DNA from: Candidatus Heimdallarchaeota archaeon
Lineage (GTDB): Archaea; Asgardarchaeota; Heimdallarchaeia; Hodarchaeales; Hodarchaeaceae
DNA: 64,000 bases
NCBI GenBank assembly: GCA_019057635.1
Contig: DXJL01000104.1
Span: 43,512-107,511, forward strand
Direction of reading: 5' to 3'
Under the pieces are notes generated by a model. It was given only the letters and a program-made list of their open reading frames with translations, was not told the DNA's origin and ran no database searches. This document shows, in pieces, positions 11,007 to 20,047 of the stretch. The position numbers were made by a program, and so were the translations under genes. Within the stretch, counting starts at the first letter, position 1. Each line of letters starts with the position of its first letter.

Positions 11007-11158
11007 GATTAACCCTTTTTTACTCTATTTATAAACTCGTATTAGTCTAAATTTCATAATTTGATTTGGTAGGCAACTTAAATTTAAGAGTTCCGAAAGA
11101 AGAATTCGTACTTCAGTTTTTCTATAGCCCACAATTTACACTCGGTTTGGTACAAGGG

Positions 11159-11210
11159 TTGACAATAGTCAATATTTCTGTGGACAAATAGAGACAAATA
11201 TGGACAGATA
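11159..11210. promoter_or_regulatory. Candidate operator: TTGAC-N4-GTCAA palindrome followed by three 10-bp-spaced GACA(A/G)ATA repeats
   Basis: Directly visible in the radA-NTPase intergenic region. Confidence 0.35.
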
Positions 11211-11273
11211 TCCCAGAGAAAAGGTGGTTTTCAAGGAAAATTCATATCTCCCTAAAAACCGAGAAATGGCAGG

Positions 11274-12359
11274 CTAGTTCACATCGATAATACCATCGCC
11301 AGTGATTGCGAATACTGTTTCATTTTCAGGCAAAAGAGGTGAGTCGGCAATTCGAGCAATCCGGCGTTCACCCTTGGATTTTCGAAGGTAAACACGAGTC
11401 TGACTTGCATGAGCTACAATATGTCCACCAACAGGCAAAGTTGGATCACCAAAAAACATATCTGGTTTAGAATGGACTTGATTAGTGAGAATGACTGCCA
11501 TATTTCCGACTTCGGCCATTTTTAGTAATGTATGGATATGTTGATTCAATTTTTGTTGTCTGGTAGCTAATGTTCCTCTGCCGATATATTCCGCACGAAA
11601 ATGTGCAATTAAGGAGTCAACTATGACCAATCCGATTGGCTCTGTTTGGCTATCTTGAGCTGCTTTTTCAGCTAGAACCATTTGATGGTCACTATTATAT
11701 GCACGGCCATGCATAATGTTTTTTAAGACTTGTTTGACATCCAAATCACCTTCCCATCTCTTAGTCATATTTAAAATACGTTCAGGCCGAAACGTACCTT
11801 CAGTATCGATATAAATTACTTTTATTGGACCATCAACACGTAATCCTCCTAATTCACGCGGTAGCTGCGCAGCAACACATAATTGATGAGCTAATTGAGT
11901 TTTTCCTGTTCGGAATTCCCCATAAAGTTCAGTAACTGCACCAGTTTCAATCCCACCTCCGAAAAGGTCATCCAACGATGCTGAACCAGTAGTAATCTTT
12001 AACATGTTCCGTCGGCGTTCTAATATTTCATCTGCAGATACAAAGCCGAAATTAAGTGAATCTCTCGCCGCTTGGATAATTTTACTCGAAGTAGCTTCTC
12101 CAAGATTCCCCACTGCAACTAACTGGCCAATACTCACCGTAGCGAGTGATTCCAGTGTTCCAAAACCTGATTCCCTCAGTTTTTTTGCGGTTGCAGGACC
12201 AATACCTGGAAGATCATCAATACTTCCCGTTGATGCTTCATTATTAGTAGCTACATTAGGAACAGAAGTGGAATTTTCTGACATTGTACCTTCCAACACA
12301 CCTTCTTCCTCAACAATTTCATTCTTAGCATTATTTGATTTTTTCTTGCGGGGTGGCAT
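11274..12359 (-). CDS. radA: DNA repair and recombination protein RadA
   Basis: N-terminal HhH LPGIGPATAKKL, Walker A GEFRTGKTQ, YIDTEGTFRPER, LATRQQKL, GGHIVAH. Confidence 0.97.
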   Translation of the reverse strand: MPPRKKKSNNAKNEIVEEEGVLEGTMSENSTSVPNVATNNEASTGSIDDLPGIGPATAKKLRESGFGTLESLATVSIGQLVAVGNLGEATSSKIIQAARDSLNFGFVSADEILERRRNMLKITTGSASLDDLFGGGIETGAVTELYGEFRTGKTQLAHQLCVAAQLPRELGGLRVDGPIKVIYIDTEGTFRPERILNMTKRWEGDLDVKQVLKNIMHGRAYNSDHQMVLAEKAAQDSQTEPIGLVIVDSLIAHFRAEYIGRGTLATRQQKLNQHIHTLLKMAEVGNMAVILTNQVHSKPDMFFGDPTLPVGGHIVAHASQTRVYLRKSKGERRIARIADSPLLPENETVFAITGDGIIDVN

Positions 12360-13051
12360 CCTAAATCACACCGTAGATTTCATATGAGATGATAAGACAT
12401 GATTCACACATCGTTTTAACTAAACAGAGCATATTATCCAAATGATTTTTTGCTTAATCGTAATTCAATGGACTCTACTAGGTAAATCAAAAAAAATATG
12501 TCTGATCTTTGGAAGAGAAGAACAAAGATTTAGTTTCAAGTAGTTATCCCAGCAAGAAATGCGGTAATTACAGGATTTCGTTCATATATTTGCAACTCTG
12601 CAGTTAAATAGATATTCTGGTTTATTCTTGTCATTTTCGAGGAAGTCACTCTCACTCCAAGAGGTAGTTTTAGAATAAGTCCTTGTTAATCACTTTCATT
12701 TTACTCTCTATTGAATAACAATTATCTAGAAAAAAGCAAAGAAGAATCTTAGTAATTGTTTTTAGATATCTCATCTGGTGGTTCTGACAAAAGCTCCGTA
12801 AAACTTCGTTGAACTCTATTTACGAAAGAAAATCCAGAAACATCAACACACTACGGGAATTCTCCTGACTCTAAATCACTTATACTTACTCCTCAACCAT
12901 CTATCTGCGGTTAACCCATATTTAGTTACTATTTGATTTTAATAACTGTGTCCTTAAGACTTTTTTACGAAGCGACAATATATTCACTTAATACCGAATT
13001 AAAAGGTAACTTTCTGATTGAACCCGACTTAATTCTGTTCGAGTTGAAAAA

Positions 13052-13098
13052 GTCAACTACCCCGCGGTAAAGCATTGGGGTTTCCTTGAGTTGAAAAA
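13052..13098 (+). mobile_element. Minimal IS200/IS605-family end remnant (PATE-like scar)
   Basis: GTCAACTACCCC-GCGGTAAAGCATT-GGGGTTTCC resembles IscB-associated IS200/IS605 end hairpins; flanked by an 11-nt direct repeat GAGTTGAAAAA. Confidence 0.6.
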
Positions 13099-14382
13099 AT
13101 GAATACCAATAAAAATTACTCTTTTTCAGATCTTTTTGGTTCTCATCCAACAGTTTTTCGCGAAGATGATGGTGATGTAAATCAAGGAGAAAAAGTGTTT
13201 ACATCTTCATATACACCTCATTCTATCTGGCATCGGGAAGATGAAATGAAAGCCCTTGTTTCATATTTTAAATCTATCATCACAAGTCCGACTGCTTCTT
13301 CAAAGAAAGTAATTCTTTATGGACCAGTGGGGACTGGAAAAACTGTCATCTCCCATGCTTTTGGAACTGAATTGACAACTTATATAGCTAAAAATCGTGA
13401 TCATGGAGAGCCGAGATTTAGATATTTTCATATTAATTGTAGGAAGACTAAAACTCCACATCTCATTCTAACAACCATCCTAAGATATCTAGTGTCAGGA
13501 TTTCCCTTGAGAGGGTTTAGTGTAGATGAATTATTACGAATGTTCACCCTCTTACTATATGAACAGAACTTAACAGTGCTCCTTGTCTTAGACGAAATTG
13601 ATTACCTGTTACCTGAGGAAAGGACTGACTTTCTTTATTCTCTTTCCCGATTAGAAGAATCACCTATTATTAGAGAAGAATTCGAGCTTTCTCAGGACCG
13701 TTTAGAGTCCCGTTTTAATCTTCTCACGATTACTCGGGATAAGAATTTCCGTTATTATTTAGATACTTCCACCGCTTCATCTTTAGGTCGCAATTATATT
13801 ACATTTGCCCCATACACTCGGTATCAACTATTCGATATACTAGCAACCCGAGCAGAGCTGGGGCTATGTGAAGATAGTTATAGCGATGAGCTACTAGATA
13901 CAGTTGCCAGTCTTGCAGAAGAAAAAGGTGATGCTAGATTTGCTATTGAACTTCTTTGGAGAACTGCAAAAATTTGTGAAGCCGAGGGAGAAAAAAAACT
14001 TAGTACAGAGCATGTTAGACGAGCAGTTGTGGAAGTACTACCAATTGAAAAATCAATAATTGATGATTTAAACACCCACCAAAAACTTGTGTTGCTCAGT
14101 ATTGCCCGTCTTCTTTCGGTTTGCAATCAGTCATTTGTAACTACTCTCGAAGTAAAAGGGGAATACGAAAGGGTGTGCGAAGAAGCAAGTATACGTAGTA
14201 GACGGCAAACACAAGTATGGGCATATCTAAAGGATTTAGGTCGACTTGGTTTAATTCAACAAGAAGTGGAAAATCGTCATACTAATGGTCGGTCTTTAGG
14301 ACGAATTTCAACCATAAGGATTCGTGACTTACCGACAGAGGAAATTATCACTTCCCTTGGATCTTTGTTGAACGGAGACTAA
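13099..14382 (+). CDS. cdc6: Orc1/Cdc6 replication initiator
   Basis: Walker A GPVGTGKT, HINCR, Walker B LVLDEID, GDARFAIELL, C-terminal winged helix. Confidence 0.95.
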   Translation: MNTNKNYSFSDLFGSHPTVFREDDGDVNQGEKVFTSSYTPHSIWHREDEMKALVSYFKSIITSPTASSKKVILYGPVGTGKTVISHAFGTELTTYIAKNRDHGEPRFRYFHINCRKTKTPHLILTTILRYLVSGFPLRGFSVDELLRMFTLLLYEQNLTVLLVLDEIDYLLPEERTDFLYSLSRLEESPIIREEFELSQDRLESRFNLLTITRDKNFRYYLDTSTASSLGRNYITFAPYTRYQLFDILATRAELGLCEDSYSDELLDTVASLAEEKGDARFAIELLWRTAKICEAEGEKKLSTEHVRRAVVEVLPIEKSIIDDLNTHQKLVLLSIARLLSVCNQSFVTTLEVKGEYERVCEEASIRSRRQTQVWAYLKDLGRLGLIQQEVENRHTNGRSLGRISTIRIRDLPTEEIITSLGSLLNGD

Positions 14383-14393
14383 AAGAGAAGAGG

Positions 14394-15491
14394 TTACATC
14401 CCAAAGCTCAATGCAACATATATCCAATCAACGGCAAACCAGATAATTGCTCCAAGTACTGCAGTTACTGGAACGGTGACTACCCAAGAAATAACAATTG
14501 TATTCACCATTTTTCGTTGAATTGGTAATCTTTCAGCCCAACCAACGGCAATCATTGCGGCTATAAGAACATGGGTTCCACTTAATGGAAAACCAGCCAA
14601 TGTTCCTATTGTCATAACTAGCGTCACAGCTACCATGGCCGACAAAGCCGAACCTGCATTCATTGAAACGATTTCCTTCGCAACAACTTTGATAACTTTC
14701 CAACCAACCAAGATTAAACCCAAAGCCATCCCCACCCCCCCAATAATCATTAAATATTCAGTAAAGGTTCCAGGAGAGGTACTATCATTTAGAATCTGTA
14801 ATGATAAAACTGGGGCGATAGAGTTCGCGACATCATTCCCAGCTCGAGATGCGGAACTCAGTATTAAAAAAAAACTAAGCAGATATGTATAAACGCGATC
14901 TAAACGTTCTCGCTCGGTCATTTGAAACCCTACCGCTTGTTCCTCATCTATATCCTTTTCTTCAATGTCTTCCAGTTTTTTGGTAAAATAAGTCTCCTCG
15001 AATCGCTGTAACCAGAACTGAACCGTTGAAGCAGCAAAAAATCCAATTATTGGACTTAAAATCCAGCCTGCAGCAATTTCTGTAAGTTGCCAATAATCAA
15101 CTGAGAAAACACCCCATTCTGGGGATTTCAATCCTGCAACTACACATACACCAATTATCGCACCAATCACCTATTGTGTGGTTGAGATAGGTAAACCCTC
15201 AGCTATACTTGTTGATACAAGAACGATTATCATTGCTATCAATATTGAAATTATCATAGGGTCAGTTAAAACACGATTTCCTATCAAATCTTTCCCTATT
15301 TTCTAGGCAACAGGTGCACCCATAAGAAACGCACCTAGAACACTAAAGATAGCTCCAAGAATTACAGCCGTACGCAATGTAAATACACCCGAAGCAATAC
15401 CAGGTGCCATCATTTCATCATTTGTACCTGCAGCAAAAGCTACAGCGAAAGCCATGGCAAGGGCAAAAAGAAAAATGATAACTTCAATCAA
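14394..15491 (-). pseudogene. PiT-family inorganic phosphate transporter with two in-frame TAG codons (pseudogene or amber readthrough)
   Basis: One frame, 365 codons: GTNDE...GAPVA*KIGKDLI...GLPISTTQ*VIGAIIG...AGNDVANS...GFPLSGTH. TAG at 15305-15303 and 15173-15171. Confidence 0.85.
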
Positions 15492-15500
15492 AGAGCGCCC

Positions 15501-16181
15501 TCATTGCCCATATTTTACTGTCATAACTTGAATATAATCAGATGTTTGTTCAGCTGCTTCTGCAACGACAATCAAACTAACGGATATCTTATAGCAATAA
15601 TATGCATCTTTGGCATCATAATCAGGTGAATTTATCCTCCCAAAAATATGGAAATCTAAATCTCGCGCTTCTTCACGGGTACTATCTACCTTCCCTGCAT
15701 ATTTTCTTGCCTTCTCGTGATCCGCATCAACATATTTTAGTGCATCTTGTAAAAAATCAGTGCACTGATGTACTTTCTCTGCTAAAATCGGCATCTCATG
15801 GGGAATTCTCTGTGGAAAATCCTCCCGAGCGACAAGCCGACGGATTACTACTTCTGTTTTATTGACAATATTATCCATATGTCGGACTAACCGATGTCTA
15901 TCTTCTGTTGCTTGCGGTAGGTATGCTCCCTTAGAGAAAATAGTGTCTATCAACTCTTCTTTAATGTCGTCGCATCGACGTTCGGCTTTCACAATTTCAT
16001 CCTTTAAATGCATAATCTTTGATCGAGCTTCTGGATCTTTCTCATGATTTGACCAAATAATAATTGCATCAGCTAGTTTAGCTGAAGCTATTTGTAATTC
16101 CTTTGCTAATTGCACAAATAGCTCCTCGCCTCGTTTCCACAGTTTTTTATCTCTTCGAAATAACAAAAATTCACCATCCAC
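15501..16181 (-). CDS. DUF47 / PhoU-like phosphate transport regulator
   Basis: ERRCDDIKEEL...F...EDRHRLVRHMDNI pattern; directly upstream of the PiT gene, the usual pairing. Confidence 0.85.
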   Translation of the reverse strand: MDGEFLLFRRDKKLWKRGEELFVQLAKELQIASAKLADAIIIWSNHEKDPEARSKIMHLKDEIVKAERRCDDIKEELIDTIFSKGAYLPQATEDRHRLVRHMDNIVNKTEVVIRRLVAREDFPQRIPHEMPILAEKVHQCTDFLQDALKYVDADHEKARKYAGKVDSTREEARDLDFHIFGRINSPDYDAKDAYYCYKISVSLIVVAEAAEQTSDYIQVMTVKYGQ

Positions 16182-16356
16182 TAAGAATGTCTTTGATAAC
16201 CATCCTCCAATAATTCATTTATGAATTCCTCGCATTATCCTACAACTAAGTTACATATTCATCTCGGGATATGTTCCATAAATGAAATCTTTATATCCTC
16301 ACCTCCAGTTAATTTGGAAATGAAACTATGCTTTCCGCTAGAGGTTTGTTTTCACA

Positions 16357-17325
16357 TTGTCAAAAGAAAAAGAGTTCTTAATTCAAGATTTAACAATTGA
16401 TGATGAGTATGATACAATTTCAGCCAATGCTTCAGTACAAGAAGCGGCATTAAAAATGAAGGAAAAAGGAATTCCGGATTTGGTTGTCCTTGATGACGAT
16501 AATATGTATCAGGGCATCATAGCTGATTTTGATATTGTAACTGGCTTGGTTGCAGAAGGGTTATCCGTGGATAAGTCGAAAGTAACCGAGATTATGTACA
16601 CAATTGACCCAGTCACAAAAAATACAACAGTATCCGATGCTTTTGCTCGTATGAGAGACTTAGATGTATCAGTCGTTCCTGTTGTAGAAAATAATGAAGT
16701 AATCGGAGTTGCTACGATAACTGATTGCTGGGGATTTTTACCTGAAAAGTATGAAGACCAAAAAGGCCTTATACCTGTTTCTAATCCTCGATTTGCAAAT
16801 TATAGTTTTACCATTCTTATGTCGGTGTTATACCTATTTTTCGGGATTTTTGCTCCCCTTATAGGTATTGTTGGTTACCTAAAAGCACCGATTGCAAGCC
16901 AAGGGGGTTTCACAGCCACGTACTATCTTTTTGAGGCTCGAGGAGCTAGTTTTTGGATCCGATATACAGACATCCAAGGTCAATTTAACTTTTTATGGCT
17001 TTCCCTGTCAATCTTTGGGGTTTTATTTATCGTTCTTGGTCTTGTAAGCATTTATGCAATTTTCCAATGGGCATATGCAGATTATAAGATGATTAAAGTC
17101 AATCGAAATTGGCATGCTATTGGTACATTATTAGGTCTGTTAGGAATTATAGTAGAATGGCTATTCTTTGTTTCTTTCATTCTGATGGATGTCCTACGTG
17201 TTTCTAGTACTCAAATTGATTTTGGTGGATTGTTATTCTCAGTTATAGCCATAATTTGTCTACTCGCAGCCGTTTCTCGTGACCTTGTATTCCGCGAAAC
17301 GTCCGCCACACCCGAGGAGGAATAA
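16357..17325 (+). CDS. CBS-pair protein fused to a four-TM membrane domain
   Basis: Two CBS repeats (SVQEAALKMKEKGIPDLVV; TVSDAFARMRDLDVSVVPVV) followed by four hydrophobic segments. Confidence 0.8.
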   Translation: MSKEKEFLIQDLTIDDEYDTISANASVQEAALKMKEKGIPDLVVLDDDNMYQGIIADFDIVTGLVAEGLSVDKSKVTEIMYTIDPVTKNTTVSDAFARMRDLDVSVVPVVENNEVIGVATITDCWGFLPEKYEDQKGLIPVSNPRFANYSFTILMSVLYLFFGIFAPLIGIVGYLKAPIASQGGFTATYYLFEARGASFWIRYTDIQGQFNFLWLSLSIFGVLFIVLGLVSIYAIFQWAYADYKMIKVNRNWHAIGTLLGLLGIIVEWLFFVSFILMDVLRVSSTQIDFGGLLFSVIAIICLLAAVSRDLVFRETSATPEEE

Positions 17326-17329
17326 AAAA

Positions 17330-19012
17330 ATGCCTCGTGGTGGTGGTGGATTTCGAGGCGGCGGAGGGGGCGGTTTTCGCGGTGGTGGTGGGTTTAGAGG
17401 TGGAGGTTTCCGAGGTGGAAGCCGAAGCTTCCGAGTAGGCTCAGTAAGAAGCTCAGGACGTCCATTTGGCCGAACTGGTTCTCGTCGAACTGTTTCCCGG
17501 GCTCCACGATCTCGTCCAGGAAGAAATTATCATCGCAGACGTCATCGACGTTATTGGGGTGGTTATTATCGGCCATGGTATCGTCGATGGTGGCATTGGA
17601 ATTGGTGGTGGGGATATCCATACCGAAGATGGTATTATGCACCTGTTTATTGGGGTGGTGGTGCAGTGTTTGGTATCATTGCCCTACTTGTAATTTTGCC
17701 AATAATTGGTATGGCCTTTATTCCTTATCCATTTGCTAGTAGTAATGCAACTGGAACAGTCACATATCAGGATACACAGACTATTTGGTATAATGAGTAC
17801 TGGTATGAACGAGAACCGATGCAAGAAGATCAAATAATCGATTATAGTGTCGAAGCAACGTCTAAGGTGACGTTTTTAATTTGGGATCAACCGTTTGAGA
17901 ATTTACCGCAAGACCAAGACTTATCTGGGAGCTATTCTGAAAGTATAGTTGTTCAGGCTGATCATGACTATGAATACATTGGGTACTTCTTAAAGCCTGG
18001 TTCTGAATTAACCTACCAATTTAACGTGACCTTAGGCGGTGATATCGAATTCTTTGTTGCTGATGCAAATGCCCTTAATCGTTGGAACAATTGGGAGACA
18101 ATAATACCCGAGGATTCCTACACTGGCTCTGAATCCTATGAGAATAACTTTGTGGTTACCTATGCCCAAGATTGGTACTTAGTATGGTACAACCCGACGG
18201 CTTCACCAATTCAGATAGATTTTGTAGTAGATTATGTTGCCACGGACAATATTGATATCTCTGCAGCTGAGTATTATATTGAAGATGTCGAGGATCGACA
18301 ATCTGATACATTTCCTGTGCCCAGAGATGGCACCTGGTATTTCTTCATATATATGAATCCATTTGTCAACTCTGAAGAATCTGTAGACATTACTTTTGAG
18401 GTTCGGTATAATACAGAAGTGACTTACGAAGACCATTGGAAGGATGCAAGGCCAGTTTTGTTCATTATAGGCTTTATTGTTGTCCTAGTTCTCATAGTGG
18501 CAGTAGTTCAAAGAAAAAGTTCTAAGAAAAGTGCAATTGCAGCAGCCACGAGTACAGGTACATCATCAACACAGACTGCTACAACTACTACGGCCCCGTC
18601 ACCTCAAAAGACTGAGTGTCATCGATGTAAAGCGGTTTATAGACCAAGTGATGTCTTTTGTACAAATTGTGGGGCTAAACTTCATGGGCGTGACTATGGT
18701 ACACCTAAAGCGACAACTCCTGCAAATTCTAAATGGTGTAAAAATTGTGGTGATACTTTGAAGTCAGATAGTCGTTTCTGTAAGAATTGTGGAACACCAG
18801 TCGAGCAGAAGTCCGAATCTCACAAATTTTTCCCTGATGAAAGAAAATCTTTCTTTTGTCAATTAGACAATGAGCAGCATCCCTCAACTGACTCTGCTTA
18901 CCAATGTGATCAATGTTCACGAATGGTTTGTGCGAATTGTTATGATGACATCGGAAAAACTGGCATCAGAGTTTGCCCCTATTGTAAAGGAAATCTAAGT
19001 AAAGTTCAATGA
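17330..19012 (+). CDS. RGG-rich, two-TM protein with zinc ribbons and C-terminal RING-like finger (APD1-4-like architecture)
   Basis: Likely start is ATG 17330, just after the upstream stop; FRGGG repeats, TM, beta-rich domain, TM, four CxxC pairs, then CxxD-x12-CxxC-x4-CxxC-x11-CxxC. Confidence 0.8.
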   Translation: MPRGGGGFRGGGGGGFRGGGGFRGGGFRGGSRSFRVGSVRSSGRPFGRTGSRRTVSRAPRSRPGRNYHRRRHRRYWGGYYRPWYRRWWHWNWWWGYPYRRWYYAPVYWGGGAVFGIIALLVILPIIGMAFIPYPFASSNATGTVTYQDTQTIWYNEYWYEREPMQEDQIIDYSVEATSKVTFLIWDQPFENLPQDQDLSGSYSESIVVQADHDYEYIGYFLKPGSELTYQFNVTLGGDIEFFVADANALNRWNNWETIIPEDSYTGSESYENNFVVTYAQDWYLVWYNPTASPIQIDFVVDYVATDNIDISAAEYYIEDVEDRQSDTFPVPRDGTWYFFIYMNPFVNSEESVDITFEVRYNTEVTYEDHWKDARPVLFIIGFIVVLVLIVAVVQRKSSKKSAIAAATSTGTSSTQTATTTTAPSPQKTECHRCKAVYRPSDVFCTNCGAKLHGRDYGTPKATTPANSKWCKNCGDTLKSDSRFCKNCGTPVEQKSESHKFFPDERKSFFCQLDNEQHPSTDSAYQCDQCSRMVCANCYDDIGKTGIRVCPYCKGNLSKVQ

Positions 19013-20001
19013 TTTCCTTTCAAATTCTCTTTTTTCATTTCAGGTATTAAATTGGGGGGTATTAATCCCTTTTCGATTGCAATAATATTCTCTGCAACCA
19101 TGATTGCCATTGCTTCACGAGCTTGTTTCGTTGCAGATCCAATATGGGGAGTTAATACTATATTCTTCAATTCGCGCATCTCTTTGGGAATTAATGGTTC
19201 ATTATAGTAGACATCTAGACCCGCACCAGCAATTTTACTTTCACTTAGTGCTTTAATTAGAGCTACTTCATCAATAACCTTCCCGCGCGATGTATTAATC
19301 AGAAAAGCGTTATTTTTCATCAAATCCAGCTCATTTTCCCCAATAAGGTGATGCGTTTCGTCTGTATATGGTACATGGAGACTTACTATATCACAAGATT
19401 CTAATAATTCTTTTAATTTCGGAAGGTATGTCACTTTCATTGATTCGGGTAGATTGTTTGATTTCGAGCGAGAATAATAACAAATTTTCATATCAAAACC
19501 CGTCCCTCTTTTAGCCACCGCTGAACCAATTCGCCCCATCCCCACGATCCCAAGAGTTTTCCCAGATAATTCATACCCTAGCATGTACTCAGGTGCCCAT
19601 CCTGAAAATACAGCTTGTCGACATTCTTGATCCCCTTCAACTATTCTACGTGTAATTGCAAGAATTAAAGCCCAAGTTAGGTCTGCAGTAGCATTAGTTA
19701 AAACATCTGGAGTGTTAGTTACTGGTATACCACATTCAATTGCAACATTGACGTCTATATTATTATAACCGACGGCATAATTCGCAATTCCCTTCAAATT
19801 TGTACAATTTCCTAACAGATTGCTATCTATCCTCACTGATAAAAGAGAGACAAGATAATCAACTGTAGGTAAGATTTTACTCAATTGGATATCTGGTGAA
19901 CTACCAGAATCTAATATAACAACCTCAAAATGGTTCTTTAAAAGTTCTATACCTTTTTTTGGAATTTTATGTGTTAAAAGTACTCGAATTTTTCTTTGCA
20001 T
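19006..20001 (-). CDS. gyaR: Glyoxylate reductase / D-2-hydroxyacid dehydrogenase
   Basis: AVGYNNID, NTPDVLT, GMGRIG, INTSRG, LDVY, TPHIGSAT. Confidence 0.9.
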   Translation of the reverse strand: MQRKIRVLLTHKIPKKGIELLKNHFEVVILDSGSSPDIQLSKILPTVDYLVSLLSVRIDSNLLGNCTNLKGIANYAVGYNNIDVNVAIECGIPVTNTPDVLTNATADLTWALILAITRRIVEGDQECRQAVFSGWAPEYMLGYELSGKTLGIVGMGRIGSAVAKRGTGFDMKICYYSRSKSNNLPESMKVTYLPKLKELLESCDIVSLHVPYTDETHHLIGENELDLMKNNAFLINTSRGKVIDEVALIKALSESKIAGAGLDVYYNEPLIPKEMRELKNIVLTPHIGSATKQAREAMAIMVAENIIAIEKGLIPPNLIPEMKKENLKGNH

Positions 20002-20047
20002 TTCTAATCATCATTTCTCCATTAAGAGTGATAGTTCAGAACGGTTA

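Noticed and set aside
12639-12660. GAGGAAGTC as the 5' strand of RNase P RNA P4
   Set aside because: No matching 3' P4 strand or GC-rich helices downstream.
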